NCBI GenBank assembly: GCA_001244265.2
Contig: CDLV01000005.1
Span: 2,914,001 to 2,978,000, forward strand
Length of the DNA: 64,000 nt
Direction of reading: 5' to 3'
Origin: Microbotryum violaceum
Lineage: Eukaryota
Position numbers and translations under genes: made by a program. The notes below the pieces were generated by a model. That model had not been told where the DNA came from, searched no databases, and saw only the letters and a program-made list of their open reading frames with translations. The first letter of the stretch is position 1; every line of letters starts with the position of its first letter. Positions 38,901-53,379 of the stretch are shown piece after piece.

Positions 38901-41310
38901 AGTTGGCGCGCGCAGGACCGAGTTCCCCGCGGCCGCACTCTTATCTCTTGACCAATCGTCCGCCTACGACCTCGTCGAGCATGACTGGATCTTTGCCATC
39001 TTTGACGCTCTGGGCGCTCCTGCCACCTTTCTTCGCGTGCTGAGGATGCTCTACTCGGGTGACTCGACCTCGGCCCGCTACATCATCAATGGGTTCTTGA
39101 CGGCGCCGGTGCGACTGACGTGTGGGCTCGGCCAAGGGGACCCGGCGTCGTCGTCGATCTGGGACATCGTGTTCCAGCCGTTCCTGGATGCTCTACATCG
39201 TCGAAATATCGCGCTGAATCTCTCCATACCTGCACCTCATCCGTACCCACAGAGCCGCGCCATTACATCACTTGCTTTTGCCGATGACGTTGTCGTCGCC
39301 GTCGCGGGCTTGGAGTCACTCAACTTGCTCGATGACCTGGCGCTCGACTGGAGGCATGCAACGAATGGCCGGCTCAACACGGACAAGACGGTCGACCTAC
39401 CGATCAGACGCCGCTGGGAGGGGCAACGCCCGCTCGTCGTCAAGGCCGCAGGCGAGTCGCTCGAGTGGATCGGCCTCCCCTTCGACCCGAGTGGCGACAC
39501 CAAACTCGCCTATGCGAATCTCATCGAACGCCTCGAGGCGACGCTGGAAGGGGTTCAGCATCGCTGGCTCACACACCACACCCGTGCCTTTTACGTCAAT
39601 CGGTATGCCATTCCCTAGCTCTCGCACTTTCTTGCAGCCAACATCTCACCGCCCCACGTGATCGCGACGCTCGACCGCATGCTTGCCGATTTCGTCCACG
39701 GAGGCAAGCACCGGCACGACTAGGGGGATGAAGTCGTCTTTATCACCAAATCACAAGGGGCTTTTGGGTGATGTTGACGGAGGACGTTGTGGACTCGGTC
39801 GTGGCCCGGATCTGGGAAGTTCTTGTCGGTGGATCCGATGCCATCTGGCAGGGACTAGTAGCTCGCGCATCGCCCCAACGTGCACGCCCCGACTTCGATT
39901 TGGCCACGAATCCCTGGCCAGACTCAAGCACCCCCGTTCCCTCCCGTTCCCGACGATTTACATCCCCGTTGGCAAGCCGCGCTCCAGGTCCCGAGGGCTT
40001 GCAACGCGCAGGTCAACCCGAGAACACTGACCACCGCTAACTTGCTCGCACTCCCGACCAAGCTCTAGAGCCTGCACTTCAATTCAACTGCAGGAGAGTG
40101 CCCTAGTTGAGACGAAGTGCGTGGCTGCCGTTTTTTCGAGATCTGTCCCAAAGTAGCCGACCTGTACCGGCGCGAACTCTACGCGTGGACGCCGCCAGCG
40201 AATGTGCTCAGCGACAACAGCGAGTACGAGGGCGCCCGCAACGAGAGGCAATAGCGGCTTGGCACCGATTCGTGATCGATCGACACCGGGCGACACCCTT
40301 GGCGGCGGCTGTAGCAGCGGGGCGAGTGAAGTTGTGAACGTGCCTCCCGGGACCGGCACCAGCGGCCCGCTCGACGCGATCATCCCCAGGCCCGTGGCTC
40401 GCTTCGCGATGGAACAGCGCTTCCCGTGCCCGCTTCTTCCTCAACACCCAACGCTGTACGAACTGCTGAATATGTCCCGCCGGTACACGATCCGTCGCAT
40501 CCGACGGGTTCTGAACGCAAAGAGTTTTGCGAATACGCTCGGCCGCAACCAAGCTCCGTAGCCGGACGACCTCAAGGGCTTCTGGAAAGGGGTCAACTCG
40601 AACGCGCTAACGGCACGCGAGAGGGGGGGGGGGGGGGGATGGTTCAAAGTGATTCGACGGTTTACACCAAATGTAAGCATCGGTTCTTGCAACACCATGA
40701 CACCTCTCCAGAGTTATCTGCGGAGCGCCGGAGGACAATCGACCACCACTTCTTTGACTGCTTCGACTCGAAGGATGTATGGATGACAGCAAGGGATGTT
40801 TTTTTGCGATGCGCTCGGACGCTACACGATCGAGGACGAACCCTACTCGCCATGCTGCGACTCTTTGGTGTTCCCAAGCTCAAGGCTTACCTCAGCGAAC
40901 AAGAAGGCCCAGACCGAGCGCATCGCAAAGAAGGCCCCTTCCCGCCATATGTTCTTCGAGTTGAAACAGTCGATGAAATGGTGGACATTGTTGTCCTCCG
41001 CAATCCGAAGACAAGACACACTGGAGAGGTGTCATTGTGTTGTAAGAAATGTCGCTTGCGTGTTGTTGTAAAGCGTCGAATCAGTTTGAACCACCCCTCT
41101 CGCGTGCCGTCAGCTCGTTCGAGTTGACCCCTTTCCAGAAACCCTTGAGATCGTCCGGCTGCGGAGCTTGGTCGCGGCCGAGCGTGTTTGACGATCGAGG
41201 ACGAACTCTATTCGCCCACTGCGGCGACTCTTCGGCCCTCCCAAGCTCATGGCCAAACGCAGCGACGAACATGAAGGCGCAGACAGGACGATCGAGATCT
41301 TCACAACTTC
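35989..41310 (+). mobile_element. LINE family A, near full-length but degenerate (ORF1 part, APE endonuclease, RT); rearranged 3' end without poly(A)
   Basis: ORF1-like acidic frame with NRFAGL ending 37065; ORF2 from 37065 with TWNVRRG, IQEH, NNVYAP, GGDLND, RLDYF, SDHRP, LAFADD; frameshift ~37330 and stops from 39616. Confidence 0.88.
40925..41189 (-). repeat. inverted duplicate of LINE segment ~40535-40810
   Basis: Minus-strand peptide NTLGRDQAPQPDDLKGFWKGVNSNELTARE mirrors plus-strand 40532-40622. Confidence 0.85.
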
Positions 41311-42605
41311 ACGTGCTGCCCTCCCCCCTTCCCCCCTCAAAACATATAGACAGACTCTCAAGTGAGAGTAAACATTTGCCATCACTCTCCATCTGCGGGG
41401 GCCGTGTGGTCTGTATTGGCCATGTAGGGCCAGATTGTTATCCTTACGAATCCTTCACATCGAAATTGCGAACTTGTGCCCTCGAGCTCGTTCGGAAATG
41501 TTAAATTCGGTCGAATTCTCGCTGGCATTGCCGGCGCGCTGGCGGGTGCAAGTGCAGCGCCAAGATCGACTTCATACAGCTATATTCCGTAGCGTTCAGT
41601 AGACGAAGTACCTGATTGGAGAGCGTTTCCATAGGGGCCCATCGAGGGGCCAAGAATGTTACGCGGAACACCGCTCGGTTCTGGTACGGAAGCTGCGTGC
41701 CCGGAGCGGGTCTCATCCGGAACTGCTTCGGACGCGAGGCTGGGATAAGATTGTGCCGACAATCTAAAAATTGCGACAAGTTTTGTTACGATGTAAAATG
41801 TAGAATTTTGGCTTGTGAAGGCGCATGCGCGGTGTTCAGGGGTAAGCTCCGGCTTCTCGCTAGATGTCCGACGTGAAATCGCCGGTTCATCGAAACGGGT
41901 CAACGATTCAGTGTGCGATGCCGACCAATATCGTGGGGATAGGAGCAGCTGCGATCGGGGGGTTTTTTTGTCGAAAAGGGTGACTTAGCTCAACCTAAGG
42001 AGCGAACTTTCTGCGCTGGTCGACCATCGCCACCAGTCTATATCGCACCGTATATACGTTCCTCCTTTGCGTCATCATCAAAGTCGATCGTTCCCTTAGA
42101 ACCACAGGCGGAGGCTCGGCGCGAGTCACTTTACACCAAAATCGCGCGGCGGTGTCGCAATGTCGCGTGCCTAGAGTGCGCCAGCTGCAACGCCGCTGTC
42201 GAGCTCTACTCCATCCACCGCATCCACCCCATCAACGAAAGCCGACTCGCTTTGAGGCGCGTGCTGGTCGCCGCACCCAGAGCCTACGTCCACCTCTGCG
42301 ACCACTTTTCAACAAAAGACACCTGTCGACGCGCTCGCCTTTGCTGCTGGTCGGACGCTGCTGGCGGTGCTGACTGTGAGCCACCCGTCGAGCCGACCGG
42401 ACGCTCGAGCGGCAGGCTGCCAGACGCTGCCTGCCTGCCGGCCTGCCGTACGGCCCGGTCGGCGCGCGCCTCTGAAAGCCTCTGATCAGCGCTCGATCAG
42501 TACTCAGTACTCAGCGAGCACCACCAACCACCGACCCGTAACTCGAGCAGGAACCCGAGCAGGCCTTTCAGCTGCACCGGATCGCCGGCCGGCCTCGACC
42601 CCGAC

Positions 42606-45600
42606 ATGAGGTCGGTGCGCCAACGAGTGCACGCCTTCGCATGGCTGCTCTTCGTATGGCTCGCCACCACGACCACCACCTCGACCACGATCCCAGCCCA
42701 GGTCGCGGCCGGGAAGTCGCAGCGCGGGACTCGTGACCCGCGGTCCGCCTTCGCAGGGCCATCAGCCGCCGACGAGGCAGGTACAGCCCTCGCATCCGCC
42801 ACAGACCACAACAACATCGCGACCGTCGATCTAGCCAAGGCCAGCTCGTCGTCCTTCGTACCCGTGCCAGCTTCGATCCTGCGCAAGGGCGTGCTCGGCC
42901 ATCGTGCTTCGGTCGTCGAGTCGTTCCGGTTCAGCGCACCCCCCTTTGTGGCCCGCAACTCTGCAACTTCGGCCACCGACCCCAAGAGGAGCTCACCACC
43001 ACCACCCGAGACCTCGTTCGAACCCTCGGTCGATGACATGACCTTGTCGCCGATCGTGCTCGTCGTCACCGTCGACGGCCATGTTCACGCGCTCAAGCGC
43101 GATACCGGCGACTGGTTGTGGACGCTGCACGATGATTCGGGTCATGCCGTTGGCGGGAAAGGGGCCAAGGATGTACCGTTCGGCAGTCCCCTCGTTTCGA
43201 CTCGCAAGGGAAGACCGCCGACCGCGATGATGCCATCTAGGAGGGGCAACTCGTCCCTTTCGCCTGATCCGATCTCGGCTGCTGGAGAAACGCAGACTCA
43301 AGCTCGGGCCCCTTCTTCCGTAGGTGGCGAGTCATTCGACCCCGTGGACGACGAGCTGTACGTGATTGAACCCACCGCCGGTGGTCAGATCTACCTCTAC
43401 GATCGAAGTCAAAAGGACGCTGGTGGGGTCAAGCTCGAAAAGCTGCCGCTCTCGATGCAGGAGCTCGTCGCGCTCTCGCCGTTCACTTTCCCCTCGGACT
43501 CGTCGCGCATGTTCATGGGCGGATCCGACAGCAAAATTGTCGCCGTCGACCTTCGTTCGGGACGCTTGGTCGGTGTCTTTGGTTCCGGAGGCGCGGCGTG
43601 GTGCGAATGGGACCCGACCAAGGTCGGCGTCAAGCCGGACTCGGAATGCGACGATGAAATTTCGAGACGGCCCCAGGATTTGCTTTACATGGGTCGAACA
43701 GGTGCGTCCGAGGAGCCTCAGGACCCGCTTTTTCAGTCTATACTGATGCCCGTGTCTTCTATGACTCATAGAATATACGTTATCGATTTATTCGAAGACG
43801 TCCTCCGTCCCGATCCAGACGCTCACTTACACGACTTATACGTCCTCGGCCCTCGGCATCGCTCTCCAATCACAATGGACCCACACGCCCGATAGTCTCT
43901 ACCTGCAACCGATGCACGATGGATCGCTCGTCTGCTTCAAGGTCGGCGAACCCGGTATCAAGTGGTCCGTCTCGTTCGATGCACCCGCGGTTTCGGTCTT
44001 TGACATCGCCCTCCCGGCCGCGTCGCCCGAGAACAGCGACGAACCCAACCGAGAGTTCGACGCGCCGCTCATGTTTGAGCAACCGCACCCTCTCGTCGTC
44101 GACGGTCTGCCCCTCGACTTTCATCGGTGGTCACAGTTGCCCGACACGACGTACGTCGGTCGCGTCGGCGATGGCTTGTTCGCAATGAGCCGGGATCGCT
44201 ACCCTCTGACGCTCTTATCGCCCTGGGGTGCACTCGACGGGTCGACTCCGGATCGCGAGACGCTTGAACCGGGACAAGATGGTGAAGAAGCTCTAGATGG
44301 AGAAATGGGACCCCAGCAGCCTGTGTGCCAAGGCCTGGACTGCCTCGTTGGACGCTATCCCGTTCTCGACTCGCATATTGCCCCTGTCGGCCCCGACAGT
44401 GCTATCGACCCTCCCACGAGTCGACTGCTCATCGATGGGCCGAGACAAACGGGACCGTCCGTACCGAGCATTCCCAATCGAACCTCTCCGCTACCCCGCA
44501 GTCGATCGTCGGTCCTTGGCCAGGTTCTTGCCCCGTTCATAGGCGGAGAGAGTAATGGCGTCGTCGTGATTCTCTTGCTTGCGATCTTGGGCTACTTTTA
44601 CGCCAGGAAAGCCTCGGGCCGATCTTCGAATAGTTTAGCCGACACGGTCAACACGTTCATGCAGCGCATCCGACCGGATCCCGCTGTCGTTGAGTCAGCA
44701 CCCAACAAAACGCGCGCAACAGTTTCTTCATCGAAACAAATGCCTCCCAAGCCATCCTCCGACACGGTAGAGGTACTCCCCCCCTCTCCTGTTCCCATCC
44801 TCTCCGCCGAGGAGCTGTCCAAGGCGCTCCTTCCAGCCATCACTCTCTCACCGCCGATAGGAGTGAGCGGCACAGTACACAGTCGAGGCACGTCCCTTTC
44901 CTCGCCGAACTTGGTCTCCACCAAAGACCTGCCCCCCTTGCCACCTCCAGACGATGATGGGGAGGGGGAAGGTAACGACTCGGACGGGAAGGACGAAGTC
45001 GAAGATACGCCACGGAAAAAGAGTCGACGGCGGAGAGGGAAGAAGCATAAGAAATCCGCGATGGGGGAATTGAATGCGTTGGGGGGATCGTCCATCTCCA
45101 AGGGGACGAGTTTGGAGACTTTGTTGGTGGGTGAGGTTGGCGGGGTTGGGTCACAGGATTTAGGGGCGATCACGCTGTCGGAGGTGGAAGTGAAGGAGGA
45201 GAATGGAGAGGAGGGGGACAATACGTTGAAGAGTGTTGGGCTGCATTCGGTGGAAGGGTTGAACGTGTCGGACACCATTTTGGGTCAGTCAGATTTCTTG
45301 CTGGATCCCATGTCCCCGATGGGAGCCTACTGACAGCCTATTTCCTGACCGTGGCAATGCAGGTTATGGATCCCACGGCACGGTTGTGTTGCGAGGAGAG
45401 TTCCAGGGGCGGGCAGTAGCCGTCAAGCGGCTGCTCAAGGACTTTGTCACCATCGCGACGCACGAGGTCGCGCTACTACAAGAGTCTGATGACCATCCCC
45501 ACGTCATTCGGTACTACTGCAAGGAGCATCGCGACACGTTCCTCTACATTGCACTCGAGCTGTGCCCCGCATCGCTATTCGACCTGATCGACCAGCCGTC

Positions 45601-46739
45601 TTCGTTCCCCGAGCTCGTTCCGCTCTTGGACCAGAAGCGAGCCCTGCGGCAGATCACTAGCGGTATTCGACACTTGCACAAGCTCAAGATCGTGCATCGC
45701 GACATCAAGCCGCAAAACATTCTCGTCTCGACGTCGAAGCACCACGGCGGACTGAGGATGCTCATTTCGGATTTCGGTCTGTGCAAGAAGCTCGATGTCG
45801 ACGAGAGCTCGTTCCAACAAACGATGAATCATGCCGCCGGCTCGTTTGGTTACCGAGCGCCTGAGGTGCTGCGAGGTCTGGTCGATCCCGAGCAAGAATC
45901 GGTCTCGAGTACACCTTCGAGCAGTACGCAGAACTCGCCGTCGCGGAATCGAGGGAGCAGTAGCAGCAGTTCGGCGGGTCTTTTGACGGATCCGAGCATG
46001 CGGTTAACGAGGTCGATCGACATTTTCTCGTTGGGTTGCATCGTCTACTACGTCTTGACGGGTGGGGAGCACCCCTTTGGTGGTCGCTATGAGCGCGAGA
46101 TGAACATCCTACTGGGCAAGATTTCGCTCGAGCGATTGGATGGTCTCGGTGAAGAAGCGATCGAAGTCCAAGACCTTATCTCACGGATGGTCGCCACCGA
46201 TCCGCGCGAACGACCGTCCGCCGAAGCCGTGCTGTTGCATCCCTTCTTCTGGAACGCGCAGAAGCGACTCTTGTTCATCTGCGACGCCAGTGATCGGTTC
46301 GAGATTATGGAACGCGATCCGCCGACACCGACCTTGGTCATGCTCGAGTCGAGGGCGATCGAGATCGTTGGCGACGATTGGCAAAAGGCGATCGATCGTA
46401 ATCTTTTGGACAACTTGGGCAAGTACCGCAAGTATGATGGCAAATCCGTCAGGGATCTTTTGAGGGTGCTCAGGAATAAGGTGGGTCGCGCGGGCTGATT
46501 TCGCTCCGGGCGGCGTTCACTGATGCTGAACATACGCTCATCCCTCACAGAAGCACCACTATCAAGATCTACCGGATTCTGTGCGACGGAACCTAGGTGA
46601 ACTGCCTGGCGGATTCCTATCCTACTTTACCCTGCGGTTCCCGCACCTGCTACTGCACGTCTACGACACGGTCGCGACCCACCTCCACGACGAGCCCATG
46701 TTTGCTTCCACTTTCAGTATTCCAGATGAGGAGCAGTGA
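42606..46739 (+). CDS. IRE1: IRE1 ER stress sensor kinase/endoribonuclease, multi-exon
   Basis: Signal peptide, luminal domain (VTVDGHVHAL), TM segment, GYGSHGTVV, VAVKR, ESDDHPHVIRYY, HRDIKPQN, DFG, KEN domain DLLRVLRNKKHHY; TGA 46737-46739. Confidence 0.95.
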
Positions 46740-47232
46740 TCTCCTTTCTTTTCCGTTTCTCTTTAACGAATTTTAAATGGTTTGTCTTTTGTGTGTTGTC
46801 TATCTGTCCCTCATCTTGCCCTGTTCTGCATTTCGTTTCCGCGCGCACCTTCAGTCCTCGAATCGTCTGTGAGCCTTCTCCCGGGTCCCGCTTGTTCAAA
46901 TGTACCTATGGACATAGCGCGCCCTCGTTTTTTCTTGGTCTTTTTTCGTTATAAGCTTGTGTTACTCTTTGCGTATGTCAGCATATGTATAAGCATTGCG
47001 CCTCACGAGTCTGGACTCTGGATCGATCGGCGTTAATCGAATGAGCGTGGCGAGATGCCAGGTCTCGGCCGAGAAGCTCGTCGGGCCGTTGCCGAAGTTC
47101 GGCGTTGCCCCGGGCACTGATCGATACTGATCGGAGGCGACTTTCCTTTTTCGCTCGTTGCCTTCTTGCTACGTCCTCCTTCCGCACTTGTCCGCTTTAC
47201 CCGCCGGGAACCCCCGTAGGATACCGACTAGG

Positions 47233-48705
47233 ATGTCGGAAGGTACACCTTTGCAACCGCCCACTTCGATCCTAATCGTCGGTTGTGGCTGTTTCGGCGC
47301 CTCGACGGCTTTATCCCTACTCCGTGGTCGATACTCGAACTTTCCCCAACTCATCACCATCTTGGATCGCAGTGCGACACCACCCGAAATTGACGCCGCT
47401 TCCTCCGATATCAACAAGATCGTTCGTCAAGATTATGCCGATCCTTTATACGCTACTCTCGCTATTAGAGCGATCGATCGTTGGCGAAAGGATCGTGTGT
47501 ACGAACCTAATTTTCATGAATGTGGAGTGCTCGTTGCGGCTCGTAAAGGGACTAAGAATGAGATTTACGTCAGGAAAAGTTACGGGTTGAATAAGGAGGA
47601 ACAGAGGAGGTCCGAGGCGGCGGAGAAGAAGGTGTGGGTCTTGCAAGGGGAAGGGATGTGGAAGGAGGTTTATGGTAGGGTGCCGCAGATCGTGCGGAAG
47701 AAGGAGTTGGAGAGCAATACAGCTTGTGAGTTGGCGAGATTCGGGGTAGGAGACTCCTTTTCGAGGCTGAGGGAAGATTCTTTTTTCGACCGACAGACTA
47801 CAATGAAGCCGGAGGATGGGCCGATTCGCGTCAAGCGGTCGTCGACGTCGTTTCAATTCTACGCTCCTCCGGCGTTCACTTCATTCAAGGCGAAGCCCAA
47901 TCCCTCCTCTACGCGAACGATTCCCGAACCGTTCAGGGCGTCAAATTGATCGATGGTCGCACACTGACAGCCGATTTGACCATCTTGGCTTCCGGAGCAT
48001 GGACGAGTCGACTCTTGCCCGAATTGGGACACGAGCTCGTTCCGACGGGACAAGTGATCGGGACGATTCAATTGGATCAGAAAGAGGCCGAGTTGTATCG
48101 TGATGCACCGGTGTCTTTATTCCTCGACACGGGCTTGTAAGTCAATACATGCACAAAACGCACAAGAATTTGCACCACTGAAAACGATTCCTCTCTCGCT
48201 TAAAAATTCTTGTAGCTATTCATTTCCACCGACCAAAACTGGCCTCGTCAAATTCGCGATTCACTCCGCCGGCTTCCTAAACCCGACCCCTACCCTCCCC
48301 AGCACCCCTCGAACAACTCTCTCACCAGGCTATGAGACGCAACAAATACCTCTCTCTGCCCGCACCGAAATGATCGAACAATTGGCTCGGGTTTATCCGG
48401 CTTTACAAAAGAGGGACTGGAAGGGTAGTAGGTTGTGTTGGTATACTGATCGTAGGACCGGCGATTGGTTGATCGATTATGATCCTTCACGTGAGGGACT
48501 CTTCGTGGCGAGTGGGGGAAGTGGTCATGCGTTCAAGTTCTTTCCGATTCTGGGCGATTTGGTCGTCAAACGGTTAGAGGGAAGCTTGGAAGAGGAAGCG
48601 AGTAAGGTGTGGAGTTGGAAAGGGGTGGAAGGGAGGGTGGATCAGAGTCGCGAGGGGAGGGAGACGAGTCAGATTTTGGAGGGGGAGAGGGAGGCAAAAT
48701 TGTAG
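47233..48705 (+). CDS. FAD-dependent sarcosine/pipecolate/fructosyl-amino-acid oxidase family
   Basis: IVGCGCFGASTA, AASSDINKIVR, SGAW, RLCWYTD, GGSGHAFKFFP. Confidence 0.88.
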
Positions 48706-49082
48706 AGTGGAAGTTCTTAGGTATAGCTTGGTCAATCGTTGAATGTAAGCAATTCACACCTGGATGCACAAAGGCTGGCTAGGATTAAGACAGGGGCCTC
48801 GATCAAGGGCTCCACAACACGCAACAGGAATAGCATCGGTTCATAAGAGCCATCACAAGAACTATGGAAAAGAGAGTGCATGAAGAACTAGTTGCTGCAG
48901 AACAGAAAGCGGAACAGGAAAAAGGAGAGTATATGCGAGTATTAAAAAGCGAGTGAAGGAGATTTTGAATAGAGAATGGTCATACTCAGGTCGGGGAGTT
49001 TTAGTGATACAAAACGAAGAAAATGGAATGTCTCGTCTTTAAATGAGTTTTCGTGATCGAAGACCATAGCCGAGCCATTTCA

Positions 49083-52000
49083 TCATCTCCCATGCCCATA
49101 ATCAGGCCCGTTATAAGCACTCGGGTCGACCCAATTATTGTTGCGGTTCGATTGCTGATACACTTGCGGTGGTGGAGGAGGGTAATGTCCGTTTTGGTAC
49201 GCTTGTGGTGGAGGAGGGTAATGTCCGTTTTGGTACGCTTGTGGAGGAGGTGGACCATTGTGAAAACCTCCTCCGGTGGGGGGTCCACTAGGGACGGCGT
49301 ATTGTGATGATGGTACGGTGCCCTTTTTGTTCTTGCGCGGTCGAAGAGATTGACGGGGGCAGAAGCAGCAGCGGAGGAGGGCGTAGATAATGCCGAGTAC
49401 CAAGAGGCCGGCGACGATGGTTACGGGGATGGCGACTATGAAGATAGGAGAAATCGGATCAGATTCCTTCTCGAGACAGGATTGAGAGATCAAAGCAGCG
49501 GTAGATGCGACAACTCACTCGTCAGATTGTTACGGTACCAGCCTTTGGCGGTGTCAAGCACCGAGCCAGCCTCACAGTCGCCATCGTTGCATCGACCACC
49601 ATCTGTGAAAGCTCCCAAAATCAATACCTTCTCGCTCATGAAGTGGGAGCAGCGACTTGCGTCCCAGAGACTCACATCCACAAGGCGTCCCATCTCGATA
49701 GCTTTGATCGAGCACGACACAACTTGCTAGGCTGGAAGGGTTCTGGCAAGTGATTGAGCAGGACGAGCTCTGCAATACGTGCCGATACATGAACCTGATC
49801 AGTCTCCACCGCACGAATGGACGCACGACCCAAACATGAACTGACCGTGGCCCTACACGAGCTCGTCAAATTCAACGACGTACCCGCATTCTGGCACTGC
49901 AGCGACTGACTCGTGCACATTCCCGTCGCGCACGCCAACCCGTCATCCCCACAGCTCGTCCCGTCACTCTGATACTTATCTTCCGGGCATTCCGCTGTCA
50001 AGCCCGAACACGTCTCGGCGATATCGCAGCGCTTGTCAATGGCGGCGCGACATACGGTCCCGTTGGAAGCTATCTGACAACTGTTGCAGCAGAGCGAATT
50101 GAGGGACGAGCAGACGGCACCGGAGACAAATTTGCAGGTCGAGGCGTCGCAGCACGGGTCGGTTTGGCCTCCCGGATCACATTCTTCACCGGCTTCGAGG
50201 ATGCCGTTGCCGCATGATTCGATCGAGATGATGGAAGGGTTTCCCGTTGCTCCTGGCACGCGCAAGCAAGATGTGTTGAGCGAGTTACCGAGCGCGTAGC
50301 AGATGTTACCGATCGAGCAAAGTGAGAACGCAGACGTGTTGCGTGCCGAGACTGGGGACCTATGAGCGCAAGCATCCTTTAGCTTGATGCTTACCACAAA
50401 TTGAACAACAAGGCTACTTTGACCCACATGATGTAAGCCGCGTTCGCATTGCACGTCGAAGTCGACAATGGGCAGCACGCCTGGTTGAGTGAGCAGCCGG
50501 ATGCACAGTCGTGGACGGCACTGTAAGGACGGTCAAAGCCGTTGAGCGGGAGAATCACCAACAACCCCTGATCGAACTCACCCAAAGTTGTGACCAATCT
50601 CATGCGCAATGACCTGCCAGGTGTTCCTCGTCAAGGTCGTCACACCCGTACCGCTCGTCGTTTGACCGTCACTCGTTACAGACGAGACACGACACAGCTG
50701 ACCAAGCCAAGCGACGCCGACCTCGCTGCCCGTCGAGCAGTTGCTCAACAAGTGCCACAGACCCGCACCGTCTCCACCACCCTTATTTGAACGCCATTGC
50801 GAGAAGACGGAGAGACGATCGTTAAGAGCCAGGCCGGGTCCACCACCTTCTGGGCACCCGACGTTCCAAGGGTAGCTCGCGTCGACTTGGGCCGTTGTGG
50901 TCGGGCACGAGCCGGATTGAACATTAAGCTCGACGATGCCGAGCGAGACGTTGAAGCTCGCTTGGTACAGGGTTGAGGCGCTGTTGAAGTCGGTGAGGAT
51001 CGATTCGCGAGCCGCAGCGGGGGAAGAGAACTGTGCGGTGAAGGTACAATCGGAGGCTACACCGACAAAGACGACGCGACGCGAGCGAGGACATCCTTGC
51101 GTCGATCCAATCGAGTTGATAAAGTTGGACGAGGTCCCGGTGCCGCCAGAGATGTCACCACCAGATTGTCGCTTGACCTTTCGGCGAGGTGGGTAGGAGG
51201 AGACGATCGCGCCTCGGTCGACGAGTGCAAAATCCGAATCGAGGGGTGAAGAACGAGACGGAAGACCAAAAAGACCATGGACCCAAGGTGTGGTGACGTC
51301 GGCGAAGACGGACTGATCGAGTGCCGAAGCGAGCACGGGGTGGTTCGGGTCCGTGTTGAATGCGAGTGTATCATGACCACACCCGGATTCCAAAGCCGCA
51401 TCGGAAAACCGTTCAGGGTCAGGAATCGGAGACCGACGCTTGCGCAGACGTTCAATGTGCTCGACGGGGGAGAGTGTATCCCGTTCTCGAACGATGACCA
51501 TTCGAGGCAGAGCCGTGGCGAGCCCTCGTTTGGTGAGGATCCGCGGTGGTTCGGGATCGTCCATGTCCTTAACGGCCAAGTACCTCGGAGTCGAATGAAT
51601 TGTGTACGCATCGCCATCGATCGAGTAACTGCCTTGAAACTCGAGTTCGGCGTCTTCGTCATTCAATTGAGAGCTCGGCACGAGAATCTTGGCCCATCCT
51701 CTACCCTCGTTGGCGAGATCCCTGACGACCCCAGCCTCTTCCTCCCTGATCCAATCCTCGACGTCACCTCCGGGAGGGAGGATCACACCTTCATAGACGC
51801 GCACCTCGTGACGAGCCAACACCGATTCGGTCGTGTGCCGACGCCCCGTCAGAGCGTCGGTGTGTGTCTCGACGAGCTTGATGCCATCGGGGTGAACGAT
51901 TGAAGTGCTCGGTCTCAGTGCTAGGTGCAGTGATTCGTTGTGGGCTTGGAACGAGAGGATGAAGCGGTCGTCCCATCGGAGGCGGGTTGATGCCGAAGAG

Positions 52001-52296
52001 TCGTAATTGTCGTTGGCAATTGAGGCCGAGGCTGGGTCCGAGTCAAGTACGGTGCCAGTTCCACTTCGGGTTGGAGGCAAGGCGCGGCGCCGTGCGCGTC
52101 GATCGGACAAAGCCGCGCCCGTCCCCTCGGCCTCAGCGACGGCAGCACCAGCCGAGCGAGCAACTATACGCGTTTGGATGTGCAAAGGATGCGACAACGC
52201 TCGAGGGTGAAGGATCCGTGGCGGTGGAGAAGAAGCGTAGGAGACGGTCACGAACAAGGTCGCGATCGCGGCGGTCATGACGAGCCATGGTGACAT
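49083..52296 (-). CDS. ADAM-type metalloprotease (M12B + disintegrin + Cys-rich + TM), multi-exon
   Basis: Signal peptide, GVAWLGQLC, AHEIGHNFG(A)VHD, CGNGILEAGEECDPG, CDIAETCSG, TM helix, Pro-rich repeat tail. Confidence 0.9.
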
Positions 52297-53379
52297 GATC
52301 CAGTGGGTCGATGACCGGCTTGAACGAAGCCAAGACGAACACGAGCGCGGCCGGCTCAGTCGGTGATCGACAATGGCCTCGTGCGCCTGACGTGGCGGTT
52401 CGTCAAGGCACCGCATCTAGTCAGAGAGCGGAAGCGAAGGGCAGCGAAGGGCAGCGAAGGGGAGGAGAGGAGAGGGGCGATGAAAGAGGAGAGGAGCAAG
52501 ATTGTCTTCAACAACGACGAAAGATGCACCTCCACAAAATCGAGAACGGCACGGCCGAGGCGACCGGCAGGCGATGCAGTGCACCCCACCACCTCCCTCA
52601 CAAGCTCAAGCGACACCAAGCGCCAAGAGTTTTTCTCCAGGCATTTGCTTCACCTTGGCCTCACACGCCGTCATCGACCGTGACCTTGTTCGGATTCGAC
52701 CCCGTTCAAATCAGATTCTTAACATCGGCGGAAAGCGAGGATTCTACCTTCTGGCTTGAAAAACGAGTTGACGAACGGGCTTATATCCGAGGAGGTTGGC
52801 TAATCAGATCGAAGGACGACCGCTACCGCGGATCGGCCCCGGCTCGCACGGTCCCTCCCCTAGGCGGATTACGTCACCCCGAGCTCATCATCATGCAGTG
52901 AAGGCTCTCCGTGTTACTCATCTGCGATCGAAATCTGCCCAATTTACTCACAGCAGTCCTATGTTGCAGTCCACGAAGATACTCGACTGATTTCGACTTC
53001 GGGGTAAATTCAACTCACGGATTCACAACCCGCGAGGCGGTGCACAGCTTGTCTCGGATTGACTCGTCAGACCCTCCGTCCCTGGCTCCTGACAAGTTCT
53101 CTGGGCACTCCTCCCAGCTGGAGGATCCTTACAGTAAGCCTTGTTCGGCCAATCAGCTCGACTTCCAGAACCTGGTACTTGGACCACCATCTTGGTCCGA
53201 TTTGACTGAAGAGATGTGCTCGCAACACTTTAGTGTAGCATTCTTCTAGGTCGACATCTCTTTAGTGGCGAATCTCGCCAATCCTTCGGCCGGACTCGAT
53301 GCCCTCTAAAAAGTAAACAAATTCGATTCGAAACATCCTGTCTACAAGAAATACAAACACCCTCCCCTCTATCCACTCT

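Noticed and set aside
49165-49255. 36-bp tandem repeat
   Set aside because: Ordinary Pro-rich coding repeat in the ADAM cytoplasmic tail
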